A stretch of DNA of 64,000 nt from Dipteris shenzhenensis (taxonomy: Eukaryota), in the NCBI GenBank assembly GCA_047967505.1, contig CM106538.1; one strand, written 5' to 3'. Numbering within the stretch: position 1 is the first letter of the stretch; each line of letters begins with the position of its first letter. The notes below the pieces were generated by a model that made no database searches, was not told the DNA's origin, and saw only the letters and a list, made by a program, of their open reading frames with translations. Shown in pieces: positions 24,020-37,272 of the stretch. Position numbers and translations under genes: made by a program.

Positions 24020-24400
24020 TATTTAATATGCCCATGTAGAAAAGATATGAAGCTGCTATGACCACAGTCGTAGATGCAAAGAGACAATATTTGTTTATAG
24101 AGGCATTATTGCAATAGCTCAAGGTTGGTGACATGTTTAATATAGAGACCACAATCCATAATCCGTATGGGCTCAACATCACTTTCTATGAAGAATGTGT
24201 TTCTTGTGGCTTACTATTCGAGGGGGGTGAGAATGTGGTTGGTGTCTACATGCTTGCATGTAAACATCAATACCACCCTTTGTGCATTGCTAGCACAAGT
24301 ACATCCACATCAACATGTGTGAAGCCTGGCTCTGCTTTAGAGCCAGACAATCCCAGAGTTTGCCTGCATCTGGATTTCTACCCAACCATCAATGTTTAGT
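24020..24400 (+). pseudogene. RING-H2 finger exon of a decayed multi-exon gene (degenerate duplicate at ~23020-23290)
   Basis: CVSC-x17-CKHQYHPLC-x10-C fits RING-H2 spacing, but the last Cys is missing. The block ~22785-23410 is duplicated at ~23805-24520. Confidence 0.65.
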
Positions 24401-26098
24401 GACTATCCTTGGGGAGAGAATATTGCAGAGGAGTTTTCATTTGATGTATGAGAAGAGAGTGGAGCCACTAGGTGTGGGGCAAAGAATGGAGAGTGTTACC
24501 AAGAAGGTAGAGGATAATACTGCTCAAGAGGAGACAGCTCGTTTGAATGATGCAACAAAAGCCAGTGGGTAGGGAAAAGATAATGCAACAGAGAGTGCTA
24601 CCAAGAAGGTCAAGAAGAATACTATTGAGGAGAAGACTACCCATTTGGACCAGGTAGCAAAAGTTGGTGTGGACGCTGCTTTGAAAATACTTAGTGATGT
24701 TAGTTTCGTCCTTGACGCAGAAGTGGAAACCCTTTAGCAATTGGCGACAGACAAGTTTTCAAAGATGAGATGAGGAAGGGGAAAATGATGGTGAAGCTGG
24801 TATCTTGCGTTGTCTTTCTTTGGACTTTGTGGACATATATGAGCAAGACATGCTTGTCTTGTGTCTTGAAACTTGGTGGACATATATGTGTAAGATAGGG
24901 TTTAATGATATTTTTTTAAATGCAGGCGGGCAACACAAGAAAGGAAAAATAGATGCAATAAAGCAAGGACGCAACAATCTAGAAAATGCAGGGAGTTTTG
25001 GACATGTAAAGAAGGGAGAAAAGGATGCCCCTTCCTTCCCAAAATTACTGCTCCCATACCACTTTCCAAGCCTAGGGCCTGTGAAAAGCTTTAGACTAGC
25101 AAGATCCTCGAATGCACCTTCTATGATTTCAAGGGGGTGTGTACATATTATGAGCGGTAACCCTTGAGCGGATTATCTGAGCAACACTCAATGGAGTTAT
25201 ACTTGAATGAATGTTTTTTTATGGAATATCTTTTTTTTTAAACCTCAATCGACAGCGCTCATATTAGCACATGTTTCTTTAATTGATTTTATTGTAAACC
25301 TCTAGGTATTTTTGCAACTTTGGAAGTTGCTAATTTATTGCACATGATAAAAATCTTACTAGGGATTAAAGCTTATGCAAAGATAAGGTCTTATGGATAA
25401 TTTTCGTACTTAGATGTCCAAATTGAGTGACATAAAAATAGCCGTATTGGTCTACTTTAACTTTAATCTTGCATGCATGTACCAAGGTACAAAGAGCCAA
25501 AGACATATACCCTTGGTTTGAATGCTCTCATGATGCAATTGTGTGTATTATATTTGCACATTCATTGTATTTTCTATAAGCCTCAACATGCCAACAAAAT
25601 TAGGACTAGTGGCATTGTTCACTTTTAAGTAGATATGCTTATTAATACCTCCCCTCAAGCTTGTGAGATTGCCAACAATTATTTGTTTTCAATCTTTCTA
25701 AACTCAATAGAGGGACGGATATATATTTTAACAATCAAAGATGTAAACTATGAATTCAGAATTTGTAAACTGCAAACTCTAAATTTAGAGTTCACAAACT
25801 ACAAATTTATCTCTACATTAAGGTATGCGAATTTAGAATTTCCAAATTGTAAATTCAAACCTAAAAATTACAACTTGCAATACATTTCCAAAATAACTAT
25901 GACATGTTCATATTATTAGGTCAAAGAACATTAAAATCACATGATTCAGAAGCCATAATCTATCAATCCATAAGAAGTTAAGGTTTGCATAAGAAGGTAA
26001 TGGCTATCCATCCATAAGAAACTAGGTCTACATGAGATGATAATGAAAACATGAGAAATTAAGTTTTGCATCAATCCATAAAAAGCCAGGACATGCTC

Positions 26099-29000
26099 TC
26101 TAGACCTCATCAGCCAAGTCATCTATGTAGTCTAGATGTCCATGATGCCTCTCCACCAACTCATAATCGAATGTGCTATCTCTTGCCATTTGGGTAGCCA
26201 CATCTTCTACATAGCAAGGCAGAACACTAAGCCCAATTAGTCAGTATCTAACCATGCTTAAATTATACACATAGATCAAATAAATTACTCACTAATCAAG
26301 AGGTGCATCAAAGTCATAGTCTGTCTCCTCATCATCTATCATGAGGACTGCTTGACTCACACTTGAAGGCCCTGTCTCTGTGAAGTTGTCTCTAAGCATG
26401 CCTTCTAAGTATCCTATGCAAATGCTCAAGCACAGAGCCTCCAATCGGACACAACAACTCGATGAACATCAACATCATGGAGCTACTCTTCTCCAACCCA
26501 CCATGCCACTGTCCACCCTTTCCCTCTTTTATGCACCGTACACTTGAAGGCAAGTAATGAGTGATGAAATAATTGTCCATGCACACCTTAAGGGATTGGG
26601 AAACTTTATTTGCCCTATCAAGATAGTGATGTGCCTTCTTGCCAATCCTAGAGAACAATAGGATTTGAAAGGCAGTAATCTACATGAAACATAGATTGAA
26701 AAAGTTAATGGAGAAAAATAAAATACGAACAAACAAGAACATGACAATCATGTAAATAGCCAAATGACATACCTTGACACCAAAGCCAACATTATCCGCA
26801 ACATCGATTCAATCTCCCGTCTCCACGATCCATCTACATGTACTAACTATAAGATACCAATAGCTGAATGCAATTCACATAAACAGACATTATCAACTGT
26901 GATATATTGCTCACCTACAAGAAACCTCTAGTCTCATTTGTCTTGCCAAACGCTCAACGAATGAAGTGGATACAGGTGAACACATCACCAATGTCCATTC
27001 ATAATCATCCATCACAGATGAAGCAATAGCAAGTGAGCATGAAATATGCTCCTCATTTAGAATGTTCCATCCAGGGATTCCACTCACTATAGATCGTGTA
27101 GGAAGGTCAATCAAGCAAAAATCCACACTCCATGCATCATTTTTTCCATTGCATGACTTCTTCATGCCACCAAGTTCATGGTAGAAATTTCTTATGATTT
27201 GAAAAGCCCCATCGTACTTGTATTGCTTAACTTCTTTTCCAAGTGATACATAATCATACTCCCAAACTTTGTAGTTTTCTTGTTAGATACGAGTTGCAAA
27301 TGATGAGAAAGTGGACCAAGGAACATAAACCATATCCGTATTACACACTTTCTTGCTAAGAAGAGACTCCTCCTTTCGTGGATCATTGTCTACAATAACA
27401 AAGGACCCTAAATTAAATTTGTAGGAAGCTTCTAATCACTTTGAAACATGAAAGAAAGAGTTATAAGAAAATAGACCTGTGTTAGAAGTGCCCGTTGGTT
27501 TAGGTCTTCCACCTCATTTGTTATTTGGAGTGACATGACTTGCCTTTTGCTTTTCTACTATTGCTTTTTGCTCCTCTTCAAGCCTCTTCTTTTGTGCCTC
27601 ATCCATGTTCCCCGACGAACCCGAGTTTGACTTGCACTCACCTTTTAAATGGCGATCATAAGTTTCCTTCTCTTCCTCAATACATGTTCCAGCCTTCATC
27701 TCGATCCACCAAGGGCAGTGCTTCCTTTCCCACTCCGTAAGCAATATATGACCATCCTTATGCTTATTCTCTCTAAAAATATGAGAGGTGTACATGCAAT
27801 AAGTAACAAGTACAAGCATAGTCCAAGCCTTGCAAATGGATGGTACCACCTTAAGACTCTTATTTGCAGCCAAATAATGGAGATACCTGAATGATTTTTA
27901 GGATAATATAAGAGAATGCAAGGTAATACAAAGATATCTTTCCATTGAATTCGAAAGCCAAAACGCACCTGTAAACCAATCGTCTGCTGGCATTTGTAAG
28001 ATCAACTTGCTTGGATGGAACAACAGCAACTGTCATCAATGAAGCAAAAGGCTCAAACAAAAAAGGCCTGTGTCTCACTATAATGCCATCAAAGTATTCC
28101 AGAATAGAAGGACTGTCTGGAAGTGTAGCTGCACCCTCAATGCTTGATGATTTCATCACTTGGTCAAGCAATCGCCCAGCATCTGTCAAAACATGGTCCA
28201 TCCATACTTCTTTTGCAAGCCAAGGTATGAAACCATGGTCAGTCATAGGCATCCCATAACTCTCCTTTAGATTGTCATCTGCACCGAGAAGAGAAAGAAT
28301 AGATAGTTGCTTTGCCTTGGAACAAGTTGCAATTGATACTTGGTAAAGCTTCTCCAAAGTGATCTTCATTGATTTATCCTCAAATGTTAAATTCAAAAGG
28401 ATATTAAACCACTCCTTGCCATGGGAAGGATTGACTATAGAAAGCATCTGCCAAATAGTAAAGTTTTAGAAGAGACTTTGATACACACAACAAATCATAT
28501 ATTAAGGTTTTCAAAGTACAAACTAAAAATTTGCAAGTTGTAACTATAGATTTATAATTTTCAAATCATATATTATGGTTTATGAGTTGTAAAATTAGAA
28601 TTTGAAAACTATAAATTCAAATTTGCAAACTATAAATTCAAATATCTGAGATATAAAACGTAGAATTTTGTGGAGTACAAATTCAAATTTGTGATCTATA
28701 AATACAAAATTTGGTAAATTGAAAACTTACCCGTGTAATTTTTCTTCGATATGTTGCTCCCACAGTCTTTTTAATCTCATGAATCTTGGACTCTCTCTCA
28801 TCCTTTGGCATGGAAGAATGCAATTTCTTGGATTGAGCCTCAAAATTGGATTTCCATTTCCCCTTTCAACATAAATAGATAATCTCATCATAATGTTATT
28901 GGAACACAAAGCAAAGTCACAAAAAAAGAAAATATATAAACTAAAGAACTAATACTTACAGCAAATACCATCCTCCCAAGAATAGTTTGGGTGAGGGGAT

Positions 29001-30080
29001 ACCACACCCTTCGTCCACTCCAACCTCTTTCTGTCTTGCCAACTCAATAGCTTTTTTCTCCTCCTCACTAAAATCTTGAGTAAAATATTGAGCATCACAA
29101 GATACAAGTGTGCTTGTGTGGTACAAATAATCCTTGAGATTAGTAACAACAATTGCATCTTCATTAAGCCTGCAACCATTGACTTAAATGGATCAAAATT
29201 GGTTTCATTTACAAGCACTTACCATCTCAAGGATTATACAAATAATCCAACCCTCTTGCTCAATATAGTGAACATAAACAACAAGGCTTACAAGTTAAAT
29301 CTTTGTAGAGCAGCAACAAGCTTAAGCTCATCCTTTGCTTCTGGTTCAATAATTTGAGCTTGCACTCTAATGTGTCTAGACTTGATATTTGTGTAAAGCT
29401 CTTCTATGTTTTCCATCCAAGATGCCGTACGATGATTTCCTTCCCACACGAAGAACATTGTGTTTGATAGAAAGCTCCATGGTGTGCCAATTATCTCTGA
29501 TTCAAACTCATCATTAACTAAGCTCCAATTCTTGTCCCAACGTTCTCTTGTGACATCATCAACATCCTTGGAAGTCCCATCAGGCATTTTGATAGATAGA
29601 ATAAAAGACCCTTTTGTCAAAATGTATCCCTCTATTTCAAATGCTCTTTTCAAAATGGTCAAATCATTCCTAATTTGACGCACAACTGGGTTTATGAGAC
29701 AACAACACAAGGGAATTCGAGGAGGTGGAATTTCTTTAGTTACTGTAAGAAGCTCTAAAATATCTACACCTGATGGTCTCTCAACACACTCTAGAATGAT
29801 ATCCTCCACATCATCTTTAACTCCTACTTTGTTGGATGGATCATCTATAGTTTTATCCTTGTTGTCCCCAGGATCCTCAATATCATTTTCAATGTCAACT
29901 TGCGCAAGCTCCTTCAGTTCATTCTTGACCTCTGACTCTTGCTTCTTCCTTTTGCCACTCTACACGTTTGAAGAACTCAATTACAAGATTTGCAAAAATG
30001 CAAACGTGAAATGCAACTAGAAAAAGAAAAAGAAACCAAACTTACTGGAGGCATTTGTTGCACAACTTTCAATAAGCTCA
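26099..30080 (-). pseudogene. multi-exon gene: ParB-like domain plus putative beta-class N6A/N4C DNA methyltransferase
   Basis: Exon ~29293-29960 encodes RIPLC...VR...FFVWEGNHR (ParB/Srx-like GxHR). Further GT-AG-bounded exons at ~28959-29168, ~28731-28860, ~27970-28447, ~27478-27888 and ~26915-27390 (VDFCLIDLPT...PGWN, motif IV-like). Exon ~26400-26649 encodes WHGGLEKS...FIELLCPIGGSVLE (motif X/pre-motif I). Contains stops and frameshifts. Confidence 0.6.
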
Positions 30081-30350
30081 CCTGCACAAGAAGAAAAACA
30101 AATAAATGACACAGTGAAACTATCTTTGAAATGATTAAATGAAAAATGACAGAGTGAAACCATCTTTCAAATGATCAAATAAAAATGCCATTCATAGTTT
30201 TGCCAATGGAAACATCTTTTAAATGATTGAAAAAAATGGAGTCCCTCAATACATTATTCTGATAACGGAATGCAAGTTAAGAATAAACATTTCATGTTAT
30301 GGGTGAGGCTCCCTTCAAGTATAACTAGCAGTGTGTGAAGGCAAGATCAT

Positions 30351-30687
30351 AGTTTCGCTCGCGAAACCATATTCAGAGGTATGAACTGATAGCTATAACA
30401 TGTGTGATCCACAAGATTTTGAAGAAGTTTGCACTATATATAATAACTGCGCTCTGGCTCTCGGTAGGCCTTAAAGGAACTGGGCAAGGGGGGGAGGAGC
30501 CAGAGAAACGAAACAGCAAAGGGGGCACGAAACGTTGGATAGGAGGCGTAGGGCAAAAGGCTCAGGATATAGTTTCGCTGGCGAAACCATATCACTATAG
30601 GAGTGAGAGTCTCTTGTGGTAAGTCAATGATGGAGCGGAGGGAGAGAAAAGAAGGCTCCAAACTAGTTTCGCCAGCGAAACTAGTTT
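30351..30687. repeat. three palindromes AGTTTCGC-NN-GCGAAAC
   Basis: At 30351-30368, 30566-30593 (13-bp arms, 1 mismatch) and 30660-30687 (perfect 13-bp arms). Confidence 0.9.
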
Positions 30688-32110
30688 CGAGGTATACAAT
30701 TCGAGGCACAGGGCCTGGAGGAACGCATGGGTAGAGAACGTCCCACCTGGGTTCGGTGATTTCGGGTTCATTACTGCGGTCTTCTCGGGGGCAAAGTTCT
30801 ACGCGCTCATGTATGGAAGCGGGATCTGTGTTTCACGGCAGGACGATGAGCTGGAGAAGGGCGACGACGAACTTTGTTGGGATGGAACACGAAAAGCATT
30901 TGGTGAGGTTCTACTGGCAGAACAGAAATGCAAGGCGGTGTCCACTGCGAGGACCAGGAGATGGAGTCGCCAATGGATGCTCCATCAAAAACGAGCGTAG
31001 TAGTATGCTGCTCCACTCCACCTCCCCCCCAGCGTCTTCTACTTGATGCATTTACCTTCTTTTCACTTTCGCTCTCTCAGGCGAGCGAGTGCGCACTGCT
31101 TTCGCTTCTTCTTTTAACTCTCTCTTGCTCTCTTCTGTTCGTCTTTCTTTGCGCTTTCTGCTCTTCTCTAATTTCGTCGATTGTCAACATCAGGAAGACC
31201 ACGGAAGGCGCGACGGAGGGCTTCCACATGAAGATGACCATATTTGTAGTGCCATAAATCACCCAGAGCAGAGCCAGTAAGAGAAGAGAGGGCGGAGAGT
31301 TTATAGAGCCGCGCAGAGCACTCCAGACAATCTGGCCGGTGGTGTGGTCGCAAATGGTAACAATGGTAACAGTGATGGTGTGGTGGTAACAGCGCATGCC
31401 GTTTTGATAGAAGGTGGAATCCGAGGGATGAGTGCATGCCGTTTTGACAAAAGGTGGAATCCGAGGGATGAGTGCCAGTGAGATGAGTGAGATGAGTGTT
31501 GAGGGTTCCTTTGTAGAGTTGTCGCCAACGAAGACCCTGAAAGTCCCTGAATCATAGTAGGGGAGGGAGTCAATGATCCATTCTCGGTCGGGTGAGCTGG
31601 CGAGAGCAAAGGACGAAAGCTACAGCTGCAGGAGTAGCAGACGCAGTAGTTTTTTACGTCGCTAGGGACACCACAGTGGCTCCTTTGAGTCATACGAAGA
31701 TGCAAAACCCTAATATAAAGGGACCAAAACCCTAGGAGAGCTTGCATGATGTTATTGCATTAAAAATGACTTCCCTTTCATAGGACTGGATACATACTTT
31801 CATTGCTTTCTCACATGTGGGATAACGCATTCTCTTGCTTCGTACAATTGCTCATACATTTCCCTTATCTTATGCTCATAGCACCACAACTCTCAACATA
31901 TTGGATAGTCAATGTGACTAGATTAGACATTTGAATGAGATTCTTTGTAAGAAATAGTCTTGAAGAGCACAAAAAACACTTCAATTGACACATTTTTAGA
32001 TTATAGTTAATGCAGTGAGCTTGACCTTGACCATCTCTCACAAATGGCCTCCCTCCACGGTATTGCAGTCAGTTTCTACTTCACAATAGCCATCATTTGT
32101 GACAGTGCAC

Positions 32111-32630
32111 AATGAACGTGTCAAATTCAATAGAAAATGCCCCAAGATCTTGTTCGATCTTCAAGATCTCAAATCCATTTTGGCAATTTCCATACGCTTA
32201 TAAACTAGCACCCTATCCTCATGCTATGGTCATTCCACTTCTCCCAAGAATTCCTATCAACCCATTTTGGCATTTCAATTTCAATACAATCCCAGGGCTA
32301 GGAGAAGGAGAATGTAAGCCATGTGGACAACAATAGAAGACATAAGAAACTTAAGACAACCTACAACAAAGATGCATGAATGCATACACAAGCAATGTAG
32401 CAATGAACGTGTCAAATTCAATAGAAAATGCCCCAAGATCTTGTTCAATCTTCAAGATCCATAACTTTGGCACTTTCCATACGCTTATAAACTAGCACCC
32501 TATCCTCATGCGATGGTCATTCCACTTCTCCCAAGAATTCCTATCAACCCATTCTAGCTTTTCAATTTCAATACAGCCTCAAGGCTAGGAGAAGGAGAAT
32601 GTAAGCCATGTTGGACAACAATAGAAGACG
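32111..32630. repeat. ~290-bp-period direct duplication
   Basis: AATGAACGTGTCAAATTCAATAG... at 32111 and 32402. Confidence 0.85.
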
Positions 32631-34093
32631 CATGAATGCATACACAAGGAATGTAGCAATGAAAGATAGCTATCAATGATGACTAATACTTATGTTTCAT
32701 CCACCCTAAACTAGTGTGTAATTACTACATAGAAGAGCTCGATCCATGATGATCAAGAAACTTGGAGGAAGACCCTCAAAGGACTCTTATACCACTTCCT
32801 ATTTAGATAGTCAAAACCCTTGATTAATCCAAGATAGGCAGACATCCTAACCACTTGTAGCATAACTCCTCATTGCACATACAATCAAGACCATTTCCAT
32901 TGCTTGCACAACCTCAATCTACCCATTCCCAAGCTTTATCACAAGTCATGGAAATGGACAAGGTTTATACCCGAAGAGATTGTGAGATCTCAACTGATTT
33001 CATCCCCAACACCACTTAAATAGCTGCATAATCTGCCCATTTTTTGGTTGGAGACACCCAACACCAATTAAATAGCTGCATAATCTGGCCCATTTTTTGG
33101 TTGGAGACATACTAAATTTTAAAACATAGGGAAGCTCTTGGTAAAGCGAGTGCCAGGTACAGGTGGCAGTGACAACGTTTTGTTAAGATGAGGATTCAAA
33201 AAATAGATTTGGATATACAGGTGTATTCCCTCTTAACTCAAAACCAATCATTCAATAGACCATATGACATCAGTGTAGTCTTGAGCGAACATGGCACACC
33301 TGAAATAGTAAAGTTTCCTACTTTAAAAGGAACAAAATTCCTCCTTTTATTCAAATTTTCCCCTAGGTCTAATCTATATCAATAAAAATCACATATCAAA
33401 ATCAAAGGCCTTCACACCAGGCTGCAAGTAGTAGTTTATGATCCAACTTAAGTCTTGTGCTTTCTTTGTGTAATCCAAGTTTCAACCAACAATATTAGAC
33501 TGTTAATTGACAATTACAGTATGGGGAGACACGCAATACTTTCACAATTCATGAAAGTGATAGGAAACATATTGCATCAAAATATTGTCAACTTTAGGAA
33601 TTATGACTAACATCGATAGGAAGACTGGACACCCTTAATCTATAACCATCACCTACGAAAAAAATTTATTGTGTTGGCTATTAAATAGACTGTTAATTGA
33701 TAATTAGAGAATGGGGAGACGCGGAATACTTTCACAATTATGAAAAGTGATAGGAAACATATTGCATCAAAATATTGTCAGCTTTAGGAATTATAACTGA
33801 AATTTATAAAAGGAAATGGCAACCATCACCCACGAAGGAAATAGAACATGACTGAAAGTTATTGACAATATTCATGATTTTGCTTGAAAATTTATCAAGC
33901 AGGAATCTGTGCTACTGTGATCTTACCAACCTAACTGCAATGGAATATTTGATAACATTCATGAACTGCTTGATATTATCCATCAGGAAGCTGCACTACC
34001 TAATCTTACCAATCTGACTGCCATAAAATCACTATTCATGTTGCTGACACCCCTAATTTATATAACTCGGAATAAAGGAAAAGTCCCGTTATT

Positions 34094-37000
34094 TTATGTC
34101 TGTGCGTCTCTTGACAATTGGTCATGCTGCTGAATGGACCGTACATTACTCAAAGGATCCACAACACTCCCACGTTCAAATACTGCAGCAGCTCCCATTC
34201 CCGTACCTACATACGATTGTATGCTCGAATCAAACATGTTGCCATAAAGTCAGAAGACGTGTTCAAGTAAAATGAAGAAAGGGATGATACCTATACACAT
34301 GGAGACCACCCCAAACCTGCAGTCTTTGCCACGGCGCTTCATCTCATGGAGAAGGGTTGCCGTACAACGTGCCCCTTCAAAGGAGAGAGGGTCAACATTA
34401 AGACATTAAGTTCAATCAAAACTGTTCCTACAAAAAAATCCATAAACCAAATTCTTTTCCCACAAACAGAATCTTGTTCACAACTTTTGATCCACATATC
34501 ACCTGTTGCTCCAAGGGGATGACCTAGAGCAATAGCACCCCCATTAACGTTCACCTTTTCTGTATCTAGTTCCAATTTCTGGGCACAGTAGGTAAATTGA
34601 GAAGCAAAGGCCTGGAAAATAAATCACGGGGGTAAGTCACTACTCAAAGAGCTTTATTTGCCAGTAATGTTGCGAATCTGTCAGCTGTTTAAAGACCCAA
34701 AGGTCTAAATTTGAACCTTTAAAAAGATGAAGCATGCTCTTCAGACCAGAACACTCAAATATATTTCTATGTGCTTCTCACAAACAATAAAATGGTAGAG
34801 ATGAAAAATGATAGAGGGGCACGTGGACCTCATTTATTTCAAATAAATCAATATCAGAAATCTCAAGTCCAGCAGCCTTCACAGCTGCCGGAATAGCCAC
34901 AGCTGGCCCGATTCCCATCACTGCTGGATCAACACCAACAGCCACAAAGCTCCTGCTGGACCAAACAAAGACTTAAAAATCTGTCTGATTTCACATCTAG
35001 AACTTTGCTTTCAAACCACACAGCAATCAAACCATAACTAAATATTAAAAAACCAAACCTGAAGACACCGAGAATCGGAAGGTTTTTCTTCAACGCTACA
35101 TTCCTTCTCATAAGTAGAACAGCAGCTGCACCATCACTGACCTGGCTGGAATTTCCTGTATTAGGACATATCTATTAAGTGAGTTTATTTGTCCTCACCA
35201 CAGACTGCCAGATTAAATGTCAGCAAACCATTGAATCCTACCTCTTCTAAATCTGCAAGTTCAGTTCCCAAAAAAAGACAAACTCTAGGGTCAAAATAAA
35301 AACCTGCAGTGGTAGAACCGTTCTTTTTGAACACAGTTTTGAGCTTTGACAGATCAGCAAGAGTTGTTCCAGGTCTGATACCATCATCTACGGATATGAT
35401 GACGGGCTTTTCATTGCCAGATTTTGCATCCACCAGCTTCATAAAAAGCACAGTAACTAATTACCTCCTCGAAATGTTTGACAAACTTGACATATCATTG
35501 TTCCTCATCAGTTTGCAGTGAAAGTGTTCATAAACAGGCAGACCCACCTTGGTTTCAACTGGAATAATCTCATCCTTAAACCGCCCAGCTGCTGTTGCAG
35601 CTGCAGCCCGAGCATGGGAGATAACCTGTCCAAAACGCCATCAATATCTCAGCTTTGAGCTAACCTTGTAATTTACACAACTCTGACAAGACCATTTACA
35701 CAAATACCTACCGCAGCCTCATCTTGCACCTTCCGTGAGACATTGAAGCGTTCAGCCACATTCTCTGAAGTAATTCCCATTGGGAGAAGACAGTCCTGCA
35801 CCTTTTGTATGGTCTCGACCTGTTCCAGATCATTAAGTGCAGCTACTCAGTTTTGAAGCAAGTAATGGACGGCAAATATCATAGGCAAACAACAAAACAA
35901 GCATGATTTTTGACCTCGAACGACACTTTCGAAATACACCACAACACTTTGGAAATACTTGCCTTTGGATTTACAGAACCCTCCCAAGCCATGGGATTGG
36001 CAGTCATAGACTCCAACCCAGCACCAATACCTGGAAAGGGACTTTAACGTCAAAAGAACCATTTTTAGGAAGAAATTCACTTCCTCAGTTACTAGTACTG
36101 AGCTTTACCTATATCATAGTATCCTGCTTTAATGGCAGCAACAACGTCAGCAACAGCTTGCAGGCCTGAAGAACATTGCCTGTTTACAGTTCGAACAGGA
36201 ACAGTTTCTGTGCAAGATCACAATACATACACATGAAAAACCAGTCAGAGCCCCCATAAACATTGCCCAAAACTCCAGGAACAAAGATGCTCCAAAACTA
36301 CCATCACCTTCACGATACAAAACACAAAGGCAGAAGGAAGCAAAGAGGCATGGATAACCAAAACACTGAAGCTAGACTCATTCAGCCAAAGACACACCTG
36401 GAAACCCTGCATAGAAAGCAGCCATCCGACATTCATTTGCACGCTGTGATCCTGGGGCAAGGACAGTGCCAACAACAATATCCCCAATTTCTGCAGGGTT
36501 TACACCCGTTCTTTCGACAACAGCCTGTGCATCAGATGCTTAAACTCATCAGAAGAAACATCCATATGATAATGACCTAATTTACTCATCGCAAACAAAA
36601 AAATACAATGTCTATCTCTTTCTTACTCTTAGGACAGGTGCTAACAAATCGTCAGGGTACGTATCCTTGAAGCCACCACGTTTAGATTTACAAATAGGGG
36701 TTCGATAAGCTCTGCATAATAGTATGAGTCTCATCAGGACATAGAAATTGAAATTCATTAGAAAATCAGTGAGCCTTTAGGAATAACATTCTTACGCAAC
36801 AATGACGACATCATCGTTGAAATCAGTGGTCCTCTCGTAAGCAGCGCTATCCCCAGCCGAGCAAGTCGATAACTAGAAACATAATTTCTTACCACCATCA
36901 GTAGAGAGAAACCAAATAAGAGCCTAAAAAAGACTCCCAAACTCCTATCCAAACGCGCAGGTTAGCAAGGTTTATTACTAATTTTTCAAACAAACGCGCA

Positions 37001-37272
37001 GGTAGCAACAAAGAATGAGATTTATTATTAATTTTTCAAAGGGATACAAAACAGATTTTCTAAGCTGCACAGTGCAAGCTTGGGTTTAATGGTATCGACG
37101 TGCAAAATTCGAGATCCGGTAAGGGTTTTCAAAGAGCCGTGATGAAAGAACCTATTGCAAGACGGCAAAAAGCAAGGGCGGTTCTCACCAAGAGTTCAGA
37201 AGAGATTCGGGGCGTGCGAGAGGGACAGAGATGGTCAAGCAGAACCTGCTGTCGGGCAGCTAAACGATCCAT
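34094..37272 (-). CDS. KAT2: peroxisomal 3-ketoacyl-CoA thiolase (multi-exon)
   Basis: Start [15 protein letters not shown] contains a PTS2. Exons encode [82 protein letters not shown]. Stop at 34094-34096. Confidence 0.95.
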
